Assembly: GCA_029717555.1 (NCBI GenBank)
Contig: JAMDHS010000112.1
Coordinates: forward strand, 1 to 62,341
DNA from: Peribolospora baueri
Taxonomy: Eukaryota
Direction: 5' to 3'
Length of the DNA stretch: 62,341 nt
The position numbers and the translations under genes were made by a program. The notes beneath the pieces were generated by a model, which did no database searches, was not told the origin of the DNA, and worked only from the letters and a program-made list of their open reading frames with translations. Below, in pieces: positions 41,096 to 53,031 of the stretch. Position 1 is the stretch's first letter; every line of letters starts with the position of its first letter.

Positions 41096-41729
41096 GGTTG
41101 TGAGGGCGCCTCGCAATAGCTTCTAGATCTCGACGTCCTGGTGCCCCGAAGGGCCCATGCGTTCTTCGGCCTCGTTGTGTGCGCCTCTTCGCTCTCAGAG
41201 ACGGACCATGTGATCATCGGGAGCTGACAGATTCGGGGTTAATAGATAATCTTGCTTGATAGGAATTGAAACTGGATTATCTTATCCAGATCTTGAACGG
41301 ACGCACCCTGGGAATGGTTTTGCGAGCCCTTTTCGAGTTCTCGCGCTCCCGGTGCACCCTCTCGGTTGTGACGCGTAGAATTGAAGCCAGAGGCGACGAT
41401 TCTGCTTCCGCCCGCGAGGTGTTGGCCGACGCCGCCGAGACCGTTGTCGGAAATTCTGCGTTGCAGAGTGCAGATCTGCTCCAATCAGGTATATGAGCCT
41501 TTGCCTGCACCTCTTCTTTCCACACAACCAAAAGGTGACCAGGAAGTACGGAGGTACACAGCTGATGGATGCGCGTTTGCCAAAGTCAACCTGCATCGTC
41601 ACTGTGAGTATAAAGCCGAGATCATGGATAACACAAAAGATCAGGTAAGCAGCAGATCCAGCAACCTCCTATCCTCATCAAGGCAACCCATCTCTCTAAC
41701 CGTCATCCTGCTTCGTCTCCATTACCACC

Positions 41730-42356
41730 ATGTCCTTGGACGGCCCCATCACGGTCGTGATTGGCGCCTCTCGCGGGATTGGCGCTGCACTAGTGAAAGA
41801 GCTGAAGGCCAAGGGGCACCATGTGGTTGCGACGATGCGAAAGCCGACTCCGGTGGAAGGCGTTCAGGTCATTCCGCTCGACATTACCAGCGACGAGTCT
41901 GTCAGTGCTGCCGGCAAGGAGATTAAGCAGGCGGTGAGCGAGCGGGGCGGCAGCGGAGGAGACATTGTCGTCCTTCGGCCTGACGCGTTTTTGGTTTCTC
42001 CGTCCTTCCCTCTCTCCTTCGACCTGTCGTGCTTAAGGACACGCTGATCATCAACGCCGCAGTGGGCGAGGACGAGAAGCTGCTCGGGATCTCCAGTGAG
42101 ACGCTAACCAAGTGTCTGGATGCGAATGTCGTGGGCCCGCATCGCATAGTGAAGGCCTTCCTTCCTGCCCTTCGGGCGCGCAAGACGCGCAAGATCGTCA
42201 TCATTAGTAGCATGTCTGGATCCAAAGCTGTGCAGATTGACAGCAATTATGCCTTCGCTGGGCCGTACGCTGTCTCCAAGGATGCGGTCAATATGATCGC
42301 CATCCAGCTTCATAACGAGTTGCACAAGTCCGAAGGCTTCATCAGTGTGCCGTTAA
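41730..42356 (+). pseudogene. CsgA/C-factor-like SDR, 5' half (gene broken inside an intron)
   Basis: VVIGASRGIG, LDITSDESV, LIINAA, NVVGP, IISSMSGS, YAVSK..VNM; ends ISVPL+A at a GTGAGT donor (42357). TATAAA lies at ~41610. Confidence 0.88.
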
Positions 42357-42410
42357 GTGAGTTGTGTCTGGGCGGTCGGGAGGGAGAGTCGCGAACCTTA
42401 GCTGATGAAG

Positions 42411-42551
42411 GGCCGCGTAGGGCATCGAAGAGGTCATGTGGCCCACATCGAGCAGCACCTGGAACCGCTTCTTCCCTTCCTCCTCCGAGCCGTTGAAGAA
42501 GGAGATCGCGACGACTGCAGGCTGTGGGGAACGGACGAGGACGCCGAAGGT
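42411..42551 (-). pseudogene. FAD-linked oxidase (BBE-like) middle fragment
   Basis: TFGVLVRSPQPAVVAISFFNGSEEEGKKRFQVLLDVGHMTSSMPYAA, which continues in frame as INTLQN at 53032(+). Confidence 0.75.
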
Positions 42552-42799
42552 CTATCTGTTTGTGGTGTTGGTCGGCATGTCCAAGTTGGCAGGAGGGCGG
42601 TACGTCGGGGCGCCGCTCGGCTGCGGCGGGGCCGGCTGCGGCGGGGCCGGCTGCGGCGACAGGGCCCGCCGAGGGATGGAGTGCGTTACTTGCGTGTCGA
42701 CCGAATCTACATCCACCCAGTTCTTGACGAGCTCATTCCAACTTCCTTGCCCGCCCTACCTCTTCTCACACAACCCCTCCCGCCTTGGCGAACAGAAAT

Positions 42800-45707
42800 A
42801 TGGTGGACCCGTCGCCCGAGGATGCAAAGGCGAGGGCAGAAAAGGTTGCGAGAGCCAAGGCGCAGGTTGGTGTCCGGTGCTTCTCCGTCCGCCGACCTCT
42901 AGGGTTGCTGACATGTGGGCACGCTCTTTCTTCGATGCGCGTAGCTCAAAAAACACCAGAAGAAAAAGGCGGGGGGAGCCAAGGCCGGTAACGCGGCATC
43001 CCCTTCTCCCTCAGCGAGCACGATATCGCCCGGCTCGGCGCCGACGATCGCCGAGTCCTCGAATTCCGGAGATGGAGGGGCAGAGATGACAGATGCTGGC
43101 GCGAAGAAGCGGGAGGAGGAAGAAATCGCTTTGAGAGACACGTCGTCTCTATTTCCTGCCGACGATGCCGGTCAGGACGCCGACTCAGACCGCGCCTTCT
43201 TCTCCTCGCCTCCCATGTCCGCCTTGGCGTCGTCGCAGGGCTTTGAAGGTCAGCATCAGAACCGATTCGAGGGCAAGCCCGACGCCGAATCTCTTGGCGT
43301 CGAGATCGCCCGCGCGGAGCAGCTTGAAATCGATTCTCTGAGGAAGGAGCTAGCGGACAAGCAGGCCGCCATCTCGGTCCTCGTGTCCGAAAAGTCTGAG
43401 CTGAGCGCCAGGGCCGACGAGCTAGAAGGGCGGCTGGAGGAGCGAGAGGCGGCGGCGAAGGAGGGAATGGATGAAACGGAACGGTTGAGGAAGGAGCTGG
43501 AGGCGATGAAGATAGAGAAGGGTGAGGCCGAGGGGAGACTGGCCGAGGAAAAGAAGACAGGGGAAGAACAAAGGGACAAGGTGAAAACCTTAGTGAGTGC
43601 CGAGCCAGACTCGTTGTCACTACCCGTGCCGTGCATCCCCCATTGTTTCTCACCGTTCTCTCCGTGCTTCACTGTCCCTCGCCGTGTACAGGAACGCGAG
43701 CTTGATGTCTCTCGACGACAGGCGACGGAACTCCGCTCGACGATCACTTCCAAAGATCAAACAATCGCTGATCTCGAAGAACGGGCTTCTTCAACGGAGG
43801 AGGTGGATGGCCTACGCAAATCGCTCGCTGGCGCGGAGGACCGCGTATCCGGCCTCGAGGCCGAGCTCTCCCGCCGGGCGCAGACCTTGAGCGACCTCAA
43901 GGAGGAGCGCGACAAGCTCGAACGAGAGGCAAAGGCCGCCAAGACGGAAGGGGACGAATGGCAGCAAAAGCTTAGAGCTGCCAATGCAGAACTGGACGGG
44001 GCCCGAGAGGAGCTGGCAACGACCCGAGGTAACCTCGATGAGCTGACGGGCAAGCATAAGACCGTGTCATCCGAGCACGAGACGGTTAAAGCCTCCCTCG
44101 CGGCCGCGCAGACGGAGATCGAGGAGCACAAGAGCACGATCGCCACGCACGCCGATTCGCTCAGGGCCGCGCGAGACGATGCTTCCGCCGCTCACAAGCG
44201 CGCCGACGCCGCCTCCAAAAAGGTGGATGGCCTGCTCGTCGACAACGAGCGGCTGATCAAGAGCCTGGACGAGGTCAAGGAACGGGTGGGACAGCTGACG
44301 GCCGAAAAGGCCGAGCTGGGAGACCGGATCGAAGGACTAGAGCGTAGGATACGTGAGACGGACAAGGCGTCTCAGGCGGACAAAGAGAGGGTCGAAGGAC
44401 TGGAGCGAAGGCTACGGGAGGCGGACAAGGCGTCTCAAGCGGATAAGGAAAGGGTCGCTCAGCTGGAGGAAGGCTTGGAGAACAAGCAGGGCGAGCTTGG
44501 CGGTCAAATTGCCGAACTTGAGCGGAAGCTAGAGGCCGTCCGGGGCTCGTTGGCGGAGAGGGACTCGGAGGTGGACAAGCTTTCGACCGATCTTACGAGG
44601 CGGCAAGAGTCTCTCGACGCCACGTCGGCCAACCTCGCGGAGGCAAAGACGCAGGCCGAGCGGTCACGGGAACAGATCGACAAAGTCGAGGCTAGCCTCT
44701 CAAAGACGCAGGCCGAGCTAGACGCTGCAAAAGGCGAGGTCGGCGTCCTGACTCGGTCCGTTGAGGAGCTCAAGGAGGAGCACCGCCAGGAGACGGGCCG
44801 TCTGCAAGCAGAGCTGGACGAGGCTCGCGCGGCTGCTCGTGCAGCAGACGGGGAGCTCAAGGCGATGGCTGAGGCGAAGGAGAAGGAGAAGAAGGAGAAG
44901 GAAAAGGAAAAGGCCAACGGGGCCGTCGCGGAGGGCGGAGACATGGTGGCAAGGGACGTGTTTGACTCGATGATGCAGCAGCATGAGCTCGACCTCTCGA
45001 CGGCTCGATCTCAAGTCCGCTCCCTCGAGGCCAAGGTGTTTGCCGCGGAAGACACGAGCCATGGCTTGCGTCGCCAGCTGGGCGATCTGACACGGCAGCT
45101 GGAGGAGCTCAAGAAGAGCAAGGCCACAGTGTCTCCGTCTCCGTCTCTCGTTGGCGGCGATTCGCTCTTCGTCCCCGCCTCCGCTCCGATGCCGCTCGCC
45201 TCTTCCTCACGTTCTCACCGTCGTTCAGCGACAGCGATGAACCTGCCCACGCTGTCCGAGTCGCTCGAGTCGACACCTTCGCCGTCCTTTCTCCGCTCTC
45301 CGGCGCCAGGCCTGACGCCGACTCGCGCCCGAGGCATCCGCACGCAGTCGCCGTCAGAACTCAACTTGCCCCCGGAGACGCGTCACAGGAGAAGAGAAAG
45401 CTTGGGCATGCTCAAGGCGCGCATCGAGGATGAGCAGGGCTTCGGTGGTTTCCCAGGATCGCCCTCTCCGCTTTCTGGCTCGGGCGCTCAGACCCCTTCG
45501 ACGGGGGTGACGCCGCAGACGACTGCGAGCGGAAAGCCGTTCAGTCCCAATGTGGAGGTCACAGAGGACGGCTACGTCGGCGCCAAGCCTTTGCCCGTTC
45601 TCAGCTCGGGCACAGACGTCCTCGCGACGACGACCAAAAGGCAAGGCCTGCACCCCGACGCGCTGTTGTACTGTAGTTGCTGTCAAGGGGACCTGTTCGT
45701 CATCTAA
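42800..45707 (+). CDS. Long coiled-coil golgin-like protein
   Basis: Exon 1 MVDPSPEDAKARAEKVARAKAQ, intron 42866-42944, then LKKHQKKK; about 600 aa of heptad-rich sequence with a probable in-frame intron at ~43593-43691; RHRRRESLGMLKARI; C-terminus LLYCSCCQGDLFVI. Confidence 0.8.
44331..44456 (+). repeat. 63-bp (21-aa, three-heptad) diverged tandem duplication in the coiled-coil gene
   Basis: EGLERRIRETDKASQADKERV followed by EGLERRLREADKASQADKERV. Confidence 0.9.
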
Positions 45708-45922
45708 GCCATCAAGGAAGAGTCGCACGGAACGGTTCTTACGTCTCCTTCACGCGTGACGTGTTGCTCGACCGCCGATTGCATTAATCCAAAAGGAGAG
45801 GGGTAAAAGTCTAGGTGTCCGGATCACCTCATGCGGAGCATCTTATGCTCTTAGAAGTACGTGATTACGATGGAAAACGTGATATATAGAGCGGCGGAGG
45901 ACTGCTGACGGGTGACGACCGT

Positions 45923-48735
45923 TCAAAGCGTGTAGACGAATGCAGGGTGACAGTCACCAAGCTTTGCGTGGACCTCTTCCTCGTTCAAACCCTGCTCCTT
46001 CAACGCTTTGACCTTTCCGTTCCGCTTGCCATCCCTCCTGGCCTTGTTCTCGTGCCAAAGATACGCCTCGAGCACGAGCGTCAGCGCGAAGCCGACGACA
46101 TTGAGTGCCAGGTTCACCTCGTGTCCCTTGCGGTAACGCGGAGCGCCCGAGTCCTGATAGATCCACGTGCTGGTGATGCCGCCACTGCAAGTTAGGACGG
46201 GTGGAAGACGGATGAAAGGTTAGATGAGGCGTCAACACGGTCATCACCGATTGAAGGGATTGAAATACACGAACCAGTTGGTGAAGATGATCCTGCGACA
46301 GAGAATGCGACGCCGAAATAGAGGATTTGCTCGTCAGCCGGAGTATGCGCTAAAAAACTAAAAAAAAACTAAAAAAAAAATAAAAAAAAAAAAAAAACGT
46401 ATACTCACAAAGAGGCGATGGCCGTCGCCCTCTTGTACTATGACGGACGGAAGGCAAGCGTTAGTCTACGGGGTGCCACTCCAGCCTGTGACGAGAAGAG
46501 CGCGTTGTGAGTGACTCACATGACCAGCCGTGTTGTTCGCCATCCAAGCGAGACCACAGGCAGGCCAAGCGAAGGCGCCGGAGACTGCGTGCGAAGCAGG
46601 AAAATTGTGTATAATGAAAGGCGGAGAGGAAGCGGATCGGTCAGTCATAGATAGACCTTGGTGACGACGCACAGGTCCCTGAAGATTGAGAACTCACCCA
46701 GCAAGAATGTGGCGCCATACTGGACGTGGCTGTTGGAACTAGCGTATGCCATGGAAAAGCCAATGATCGACAGTGCGAAGCAGAAGAGTGCGGCAGTCGC
46801 GCGCTGCTTGAAACGGTCCGCGTAGATGGCCGTAACGATGGTGACTGAGAACAGGAGTCATGTTAGAAAGGGAACGAATATCCACTGAGGCCTGACTGAT
46901 GGGCGCACCGACGAAAGCTGCCGCGAAAGGAGGAACCGTGAGCAGCTGCGCGTGCGTGGCAGTATAGGTGCCAAGGCCCTTGACGATGGTCTGACGAGTC
47001 ACGAGACGAAAGCGTCAATGGAGGTCCGAGGGGACTACTGGGATGGGTTGATAGAGTTCGAAGGCATACCGGGAGGAAGAACGCGGCTGAATACACCGAC
47101 GTCGCATCACAGTATCCTTGAAAACATAGGAGCCAGACAATGGGAGACTTGTAGGCGTCGAGGACGTAGCGCCATTCGAAGCTGTGTCGCGTCGGGGGCG
47201 GAGCGGATTGAAATGCCGAGGTCAACACACCGCGACTCACGCACTAGACTCGATGGGGCTCACCGGTCGCCGGAGTGTTCGTCCGCCGCCGCAGGTACGA
47301 CGCTTTCCTGCTTCTCCTCCACCTTCTCTCCGGTCTTCACGTCCGCAGGCTGGACGCCAAACCCATCCTTGCCCGACGTCCCCTGGCCGAGGTCTTCCGC
47401 CTTTGCGCGCGCCCAGTCCATCTCGAGACGACGGACGGCGAAAGCGCGTTCTTCAGCGGTAAGGAACTTGGCCGTGCCGGGGGAGCGCGGAGCGAGGAAG
47501 AAGGAGCAGACGCCAAAGAGGACAGTGAAAATGCCTTGAGATGGGAGAAGGGAGACGAGGAAACGTCAGAGTTCGCACGGCTTGTTTCAGACGGGGATAT
47601 GCTCACCTTCCAGGATGAAAATCCAGCTCCATCCGTGCAGTCCCGCCCTGCCGTCCAAGTTGCTGATCGCGGCGGCGAGAAGACCGGAGAAGGCGCCTGA
47701 AAGAGAAGCGGCAGAGAAGAAGAGACCTTGTCGTAGCTGGAGCTCGTGGCGCTTGTAGAAAAAGGTGAGCCAGACGGAGATGCCGGGGAGAATGCCGCCT
47801 TGGGGGTGGGTAGGGAAGGAAAAAAATGGAATGCCATTAGATGAGCAGCTTGGCTCCGACGGGCGCCAGAAGGAAGAAAGACACGTTAGGCAAACCTTCA
47901 GTGAGGCCGAGGAAGAAACGAACGACGTAGAGACCGGTGCGGGATGTGACAATGCTGAAGAGGGCAGGTCGGAATGCCGAGGATACGAGGACGAAACGGT
48001 GAGATTCATCTCAATTACATAAAAAGAGACGAGGACGAGGCGTACCCTTGCAATGTGGCGCAAACGCCCCAGCAAGTGACGAGGAAGGGCAGCCAGAAGT
48101 TAGCACCGACCTTCTTGAGGACGAGGTTGGCGGGCACCTCTCCGACGATGTAAGGCACGTAGAGGATGGTGAGAGCGACGCGGTAGTCGTGAGAGGAGAG
48201 GTTGAGCTCCTTCTGCAGGCCGTCTAGACGCGCTTGACCGATGTTTGTCCGGTCGAGGAAGGAGAGAAGGTAGAGCTAGTGGTGTGGGAGGGCACGGGGA
48301 GGGAAGACGGGGTAGAAGGGGGGGAGAAGGAAGGACCGCAGGGTTAGAAGGACTGGAGTGGGAGGGCAGACGCGAAAAGAGCTCACCATCGTAGCCAAGG
48401 GGATGACCGTCGCGTCGAACTGAGCGGCGAAGCGAAGCATGCCAGAGCGATGAGAAGAAGGAGGATGAGCTAGCCGGCTCGACGGCGGGAACTGGCGTCA
48501 CGGGTCGCCAAACTCGTCGGCTGCGCACCTTGGCGGCGATCCTCCTGTCCATCCTTCTCTCCTCGGCGGGTGACATGAGCACCGCGTCCTCCCCGCCATG
48601 TTCGCGCCCCGATCCATCGCTCCTTCCTTCCGTCACCGTCGCTTGCGGGTTGGGGGAGCGAGAGCGGTCCGTCTCCGTCGGAGCGGGAGCCTCCGCTGGA
48701 GCCGTGCCGGGCTCAGGGTCGTGCTGGTGTGCCAT
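45923..48735 (-). CDS. MFS transporter, Dal5/Tna1 (allantoate/nicotinate permease) family, many introns
   Basis: FDATVIPLATM|LYLLSFLDRTNIGQARL, YVPYIVGEVPANL, EGGILPG, FYKRHELQLR, SGAFSGLLAAAI..LDGRAGLHGWSWIFILEG, AQLLTVPPF, WMANNTAGH|YKRATA, DCHPAFVYTL. Confidence 0.93.
46350..46397. repeat. Interrupted poly(A) tract in an MFS intron
   Basis: ctaaaaaactaaaaaaaaactaaaaaaaaaataaaaaaaaaaaaaaaa seen directly. Confidence 0.9.
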
Positions 48736-49546
48736 GGCGGATCGGAGGGAGTGAGGGGGGAGAAGGAGAAGGGAGGAGGAAAGGATGGCGGATGGTGGGG
48801 GGAGGAAGAAAAAGGATGATGAGGGGAAGAAGACTGCGGAGAGGGCGATGGAAGGGGACGGCGGGCCGGGCGGGGAAGTGTGAGTCTAGGAAGACGCCGT
48901 CCGGCACGTGGGCAAAAAAATGCGCGTCGAGCGCAAGACGAAGACGACAGGAGATGACGACGCAGGCTCGGAATGCAGAGGAGTTAACAAGAGTCATCGG
49001 TGTCGAGAGGCAGAACGAACGAGCAAACGAACGAACGTCTTCCTTCGCCGCAGACGTTCATGTCGAGATGTAACACCACCTCTCCTTCCTCCTCACCGCC
49101 GTCGCTCTGGCCGCCATCGCGCCCTCGCCTTGCTCACCCCGCTTCTCCTGACTCGACCGCTTGTTACTTTTTCTTCCTCTTCCCCCACATTCCGCCTCCG
49201 CATCTTGTCGATCCGTCAGCCGCAGCACGGCACCTTCTCACGCTGACAGTTTTTATCTCGGCAAGTGGAGGTGGCTTTGGCACGTGTATGCATCTAGAGA
49301 AAGGGAGAAAGAGAGTAAGAAAAAAAAAAAGAGGGCTTTCTTTTTCAACTCGCTGGACGGCATAGCGAATCACAATCCCTTTGCCATCATCTTAACAAAC
49401 AGTCTCATCCGCCGTCTTTCTTGACCTATGACGCTCTCAGACCTCTCGAATTGCACGACACAGAACGAAACGAGATTCCAATCCTCCACCGCCTGGAGAA
49501 GGAGTAGCGCACAATGAACAGAAGAAAAGCAGTTAAAAATGTTTTT

Positions 49547-52236
49547 TTAGTCGAGAGCCTCTGCGGGGAAGGAAAGAAAGAAAGATGAAAGAAAGGGCAT
49601 GCACGTGTCAGTCACGTCAACTGTCATGTCACCAGATCGTCGGCCGGCATTTCGGACACTCACCCATCTCGTTGCTCTCCGCGCCCGTCTCCGCCGGCGC
49701 CTCGACGGGAGCAGGGGCGGAAGGCTCGTCGATGGCCAAGCCGAGCGAAATCAGCTTGAACAACCTGTCGGCGAAGCTGGACGGCTCATCAAGCGAGAAG
49801 CCACCGGTGAGGAGGGACACCTCGAAGAGAAGCAGGGTCAGGTCCCTGACCGTGGCGTCGTTCTTGTCCTTGGCCACCTTGTCCTTGAGCTCCTTGATGA
49901 TCGCGTTGCTCGGGTTGAGCTCCATCGTCTTCTTCGACGCCATGTAGGACGACATGCTCGAGTCGCGCAGCGCCTGGGCCCGCATGATGCGCTCCATGTT
50001 GGACGACCAGCCGAACTGACCCGTGACGAGAACGCACGGCGAAGTGGTCACGCGGTTCGACACAACCACCTTCTCCACCTTGTCGCCAAGGATCTCCTTA
50101 ATGGCCTTGCACAGGTCCTCGAACTGCTTGGCCTCCTCCTCGCGCGCCTTCTTCTCCTCCTCCGTCTCCTCCAACTCGAGACCCTCCTTGGACACGCACA
50201 CCAACTTCTTGCCCTCGAACTCCTTCAGCTGCGTCACCGCGTACTCGTCGATGGGGTCGACCATGAGCAGCACCTCAAAGCCCTTCTTCTTGAGCGCCTC
50301 GAGGAAGGGAGAGTCGCGCACGCTGCTCAGCGACTCGCCGGTGAGGTAGTAGATCGACTTCTGGATCTCCGGCATCCGAGTGATGTAGTCTGCGGGAAAG
50401 ACGGACGCGGTGGTCAGTCAGCGACTCGGCCATACCCGCGAGAGACGATGCTGCGCGCACTCACCCTTGAGGCTGGTCAGCTCATCACCACTCTTGGTCG
50501 AGTGGAAGCGGAGGAAGGAGGCCAGCTTGGCACGGTTGGCAGAGTCCTCGTGGATGCCAAGCTTAATGTTCTTGCCGAAAGCCTCGTAGAACTTGTTGAA
50601 GTTGTCCTTGTCCTGGGAACATGAACGTCCGATAAATACACAATCAGCCCTCACCTTTCCGGCCTCGGAATGCCCAAACAACACAGGGAAAAGCATCCGA
50701 TTCGGCAAAGCACACTCACCTCCGCGATCTCGTCGAACATTTCGATGGTCTTCTTGACGACGTTCTTGCGGATGACCTTGAGGATCTTGTTCTGCTGCAG
50801 CGTCTCACGGGAGATGTTGAGGGGGAGGTCTTCAGAGTCGACAATACCCTTGATGAAGTTGAGGTACTCGGGAATGATGTCCTCGCAGTCATCCATGATG
50901 AAGACGCGGCGGACGTAAAGCTTGATGTTGTTGCGCTTCTTCTTCGTCTCGAAGAGGTCGAAGGGAGCGCGCTTGGGAACGTAGAGGATGGCCTTGAATT
51001 CGAGCTGGCCCTCGACGGAGAAGTGCTTGACAGCGAGGTGGTCCTCCCAGTCATTCGAAAGCGACTTGTAGAAGGAAGCGTACTCATCGGCGGTGATGTC
51101 CTGAGGGTTACGAGTCCACAGCGGCTTGGTCTTGTCTGTGGTAGAGAAACAGAAAACAATAAGCGTCCTGCCTCGCCATGTTTTGGACATGCGCCACCGA
51201 GCATACTCACTAAGCTCCTCGTTCTCCGTCTGAATCTCCTTGATCTTCTTCTTGCCCTTCTTCTTGTCCTCGTCCTCAGCATCCTCGATCTTCGCCTTCT
51301 GGTCGTCATCCTCGGCCTTCTCCTCCTCCTCCTCCTCGACCTCCTTCTCCACCTCCTTGGTCACGACGAGCTGGATGGGGTAGCCGATGAACTCGGAGTG
51401 CTTCTTGACAATCTCGCGGATCCTCTTCTCCTCGACGTACTCCACCTGGTCCTCCTTGAGGAAGAGGCGGAGCTCGGTACCGCGGCCAAGGGGAGGGTTG
51501 GTGGTGTCGGGAGTGATGGTGAAGGTGCCACCGGCGGCCGACTCCCAAATGTACTGTTCGTCGTCGTTGTGCTTGGTGATGACCTGAACGCGCTCGGCAA
51601 CGAGGTAGGCGGAGTAGAAACCGACACCGAATTGACCGCTGTGGAAAGGAAGAAAAACGGAACGTCAGCACAGAGTGTGCGAACGCGGCTTTCCCGAAGC
51701 TCTGGATCGACTCACATCATGGAAATGTCGGCGCCGCTGCTGAGAGCCTCCATGAACGCCTTGGTGCCGGACTTGGCGATCGTACCAAGGTTGTTGACGA
51801 GGTCGGCCTTCGTCATACCGATACCCGTGTCGCGAATCGAAAGCACCTTGTTCTCCTTGTCCGGGGTAATGCGGATGTAGAGCTCCTTCTCATGCTCAAG
51901 CTCCGCGGGGTTCGTCAGCGCAGCATAGCGGACCTTGTCGAGCGCGTCCGAAGCTGTAAGGAGGGCACAGGAACGTCAACGTACAGTGTTAGGATACGGA
52001 CAGGGGAGAAGACGAGTACCGACGCCGCCGACGCTCGCACACTCACCGTTAGAGATAAGCTCTCGGAGGAAAACATCCTTCTGGGAGTAGAAAGTGTTGA
52101 TGATGAGGTCGAGCAGCTGGCTGATCTCAGCCTGGAAGCTGAGTGCGGCGCACGGGGGTGGGTAACACAAACGGTCAGAACGGACGTGACCTTTGTCGTC
52201 GTTGAGGAGAAGTACTCACCCAAAGGTTTCGGCCAT
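49547..52236 (-). CDS. HSP90: Cytosolic heat shock protein 90
   Basis: [108 protein letters not shown]; last exon 49560-49547. Confidence 0.98.
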
Positions 52237-52489
52237 TGTGAGAGCGGTTCTAAAGGATGAAGGTCTGTGAGATGAGGCCGCGTCACGATTACAGTAAAGT
52301 GTAAAGGAGTTTTGGGGACAGAGGATTCGAGGTGAGCGAGTGTCTTGGGCTTTTGCGTGGAGGAGAGAGGCAAATGGAGGCAACTGCTACTGACCGGAAG
52401 TGGTGAAGGAAAAGGAAGGTGAGGGAAGAAATACTCGCTCTGTCCTCGTCCGCCCTCGTCGCTGCATTTTCCGTCTCACCGCATCAGGC

Positions 52490-52508
52490 CTTCGAGAAGC
52501 ATCCAGAG
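52490..52508. promoter_or_regulatory. Imperfect heat-shock element upstream of HSP90
   Basis: cTTCgaGAAgcATCcaGAG, about 255 bp upstream of the ATG; a second imperfect array GAAagCTCgaGAAct lies at 52649-52663. Confidence 0.5.
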
Positions 52509-52766
52509 CGATCATCCGTGTAAAGCCGCTTGTCGCCGCCTAGCCGTCAATGCCGTAGCTGACTACCGCGGCCTAATCTTTCTCGCTGTGAGACAATGGT
52601 CACGCATCCTTCCAGTCGTTTGTCCTGTCGCCTGTCTTGCTTGCGACGGAAAGCTCGAGAACTTTGTCTACTTGTCCCCTCGGCTATATGTCCCCTTGTC
52701 TACTTGTCTACATGTCTACAGGTCCCCGCAGCTCTCACTCTGGCGCCAGCGACTCTCCACTCCGTA

Positions 52767-53003
52767 TCACCATGGGAGCTCGGGGCCGTCCCATCCGAAA
52801 AAGTGAGCGCTGTTCTCGAGTTTGAGTCCTTCAATGACCTTGACGATGCCCGAAGCGCACGTCTCCGGTGTGATTCCGCCTCCTCCGAGCACGTCGCTGA
52901 CCTTCCGACCCATGTCGGTGTTCTGATCGCAAGGGTAGAAGAAAGACAAATAAAGAACATTGCACGCTCAAAAGGTCACTGCTACTCACCACCCAACCCG
53001 GGT
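52767..53003 (-). pseudogene. CsgA/C-factor-like SDR, 3' half (2 exons)
   Basis: Exon 53003-52990 (AC CCG GGT TGG GTG = N-PGWV), intron 52989-52923, then exon NTDMGRKVSDVLGGGGITPETCASGIVKVIEGLKLENSAHFFGWDGPELPW-stop. Confidence 0.88.
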
Positions 53004-53031
53004 CTATGTCGTTACCGTGGTCATTTCAAAT

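Larger units (their letters stand above)
42411..53031. other. ~10.6 kb inverted segment
   Basis: Re-inverting this interval restores both the SDR intron and reading frame and the FAD-oxidase reading frame. Confidence 0.88.

Noticed and set aside
42618..42657. 15-bp GGCTGCGGCGGGGCC tandem repeat near the left breakpoint as a recombination site
   Set aside because: It lies about 200 bp inside the junction and has no counterpart at the right breakpoint.
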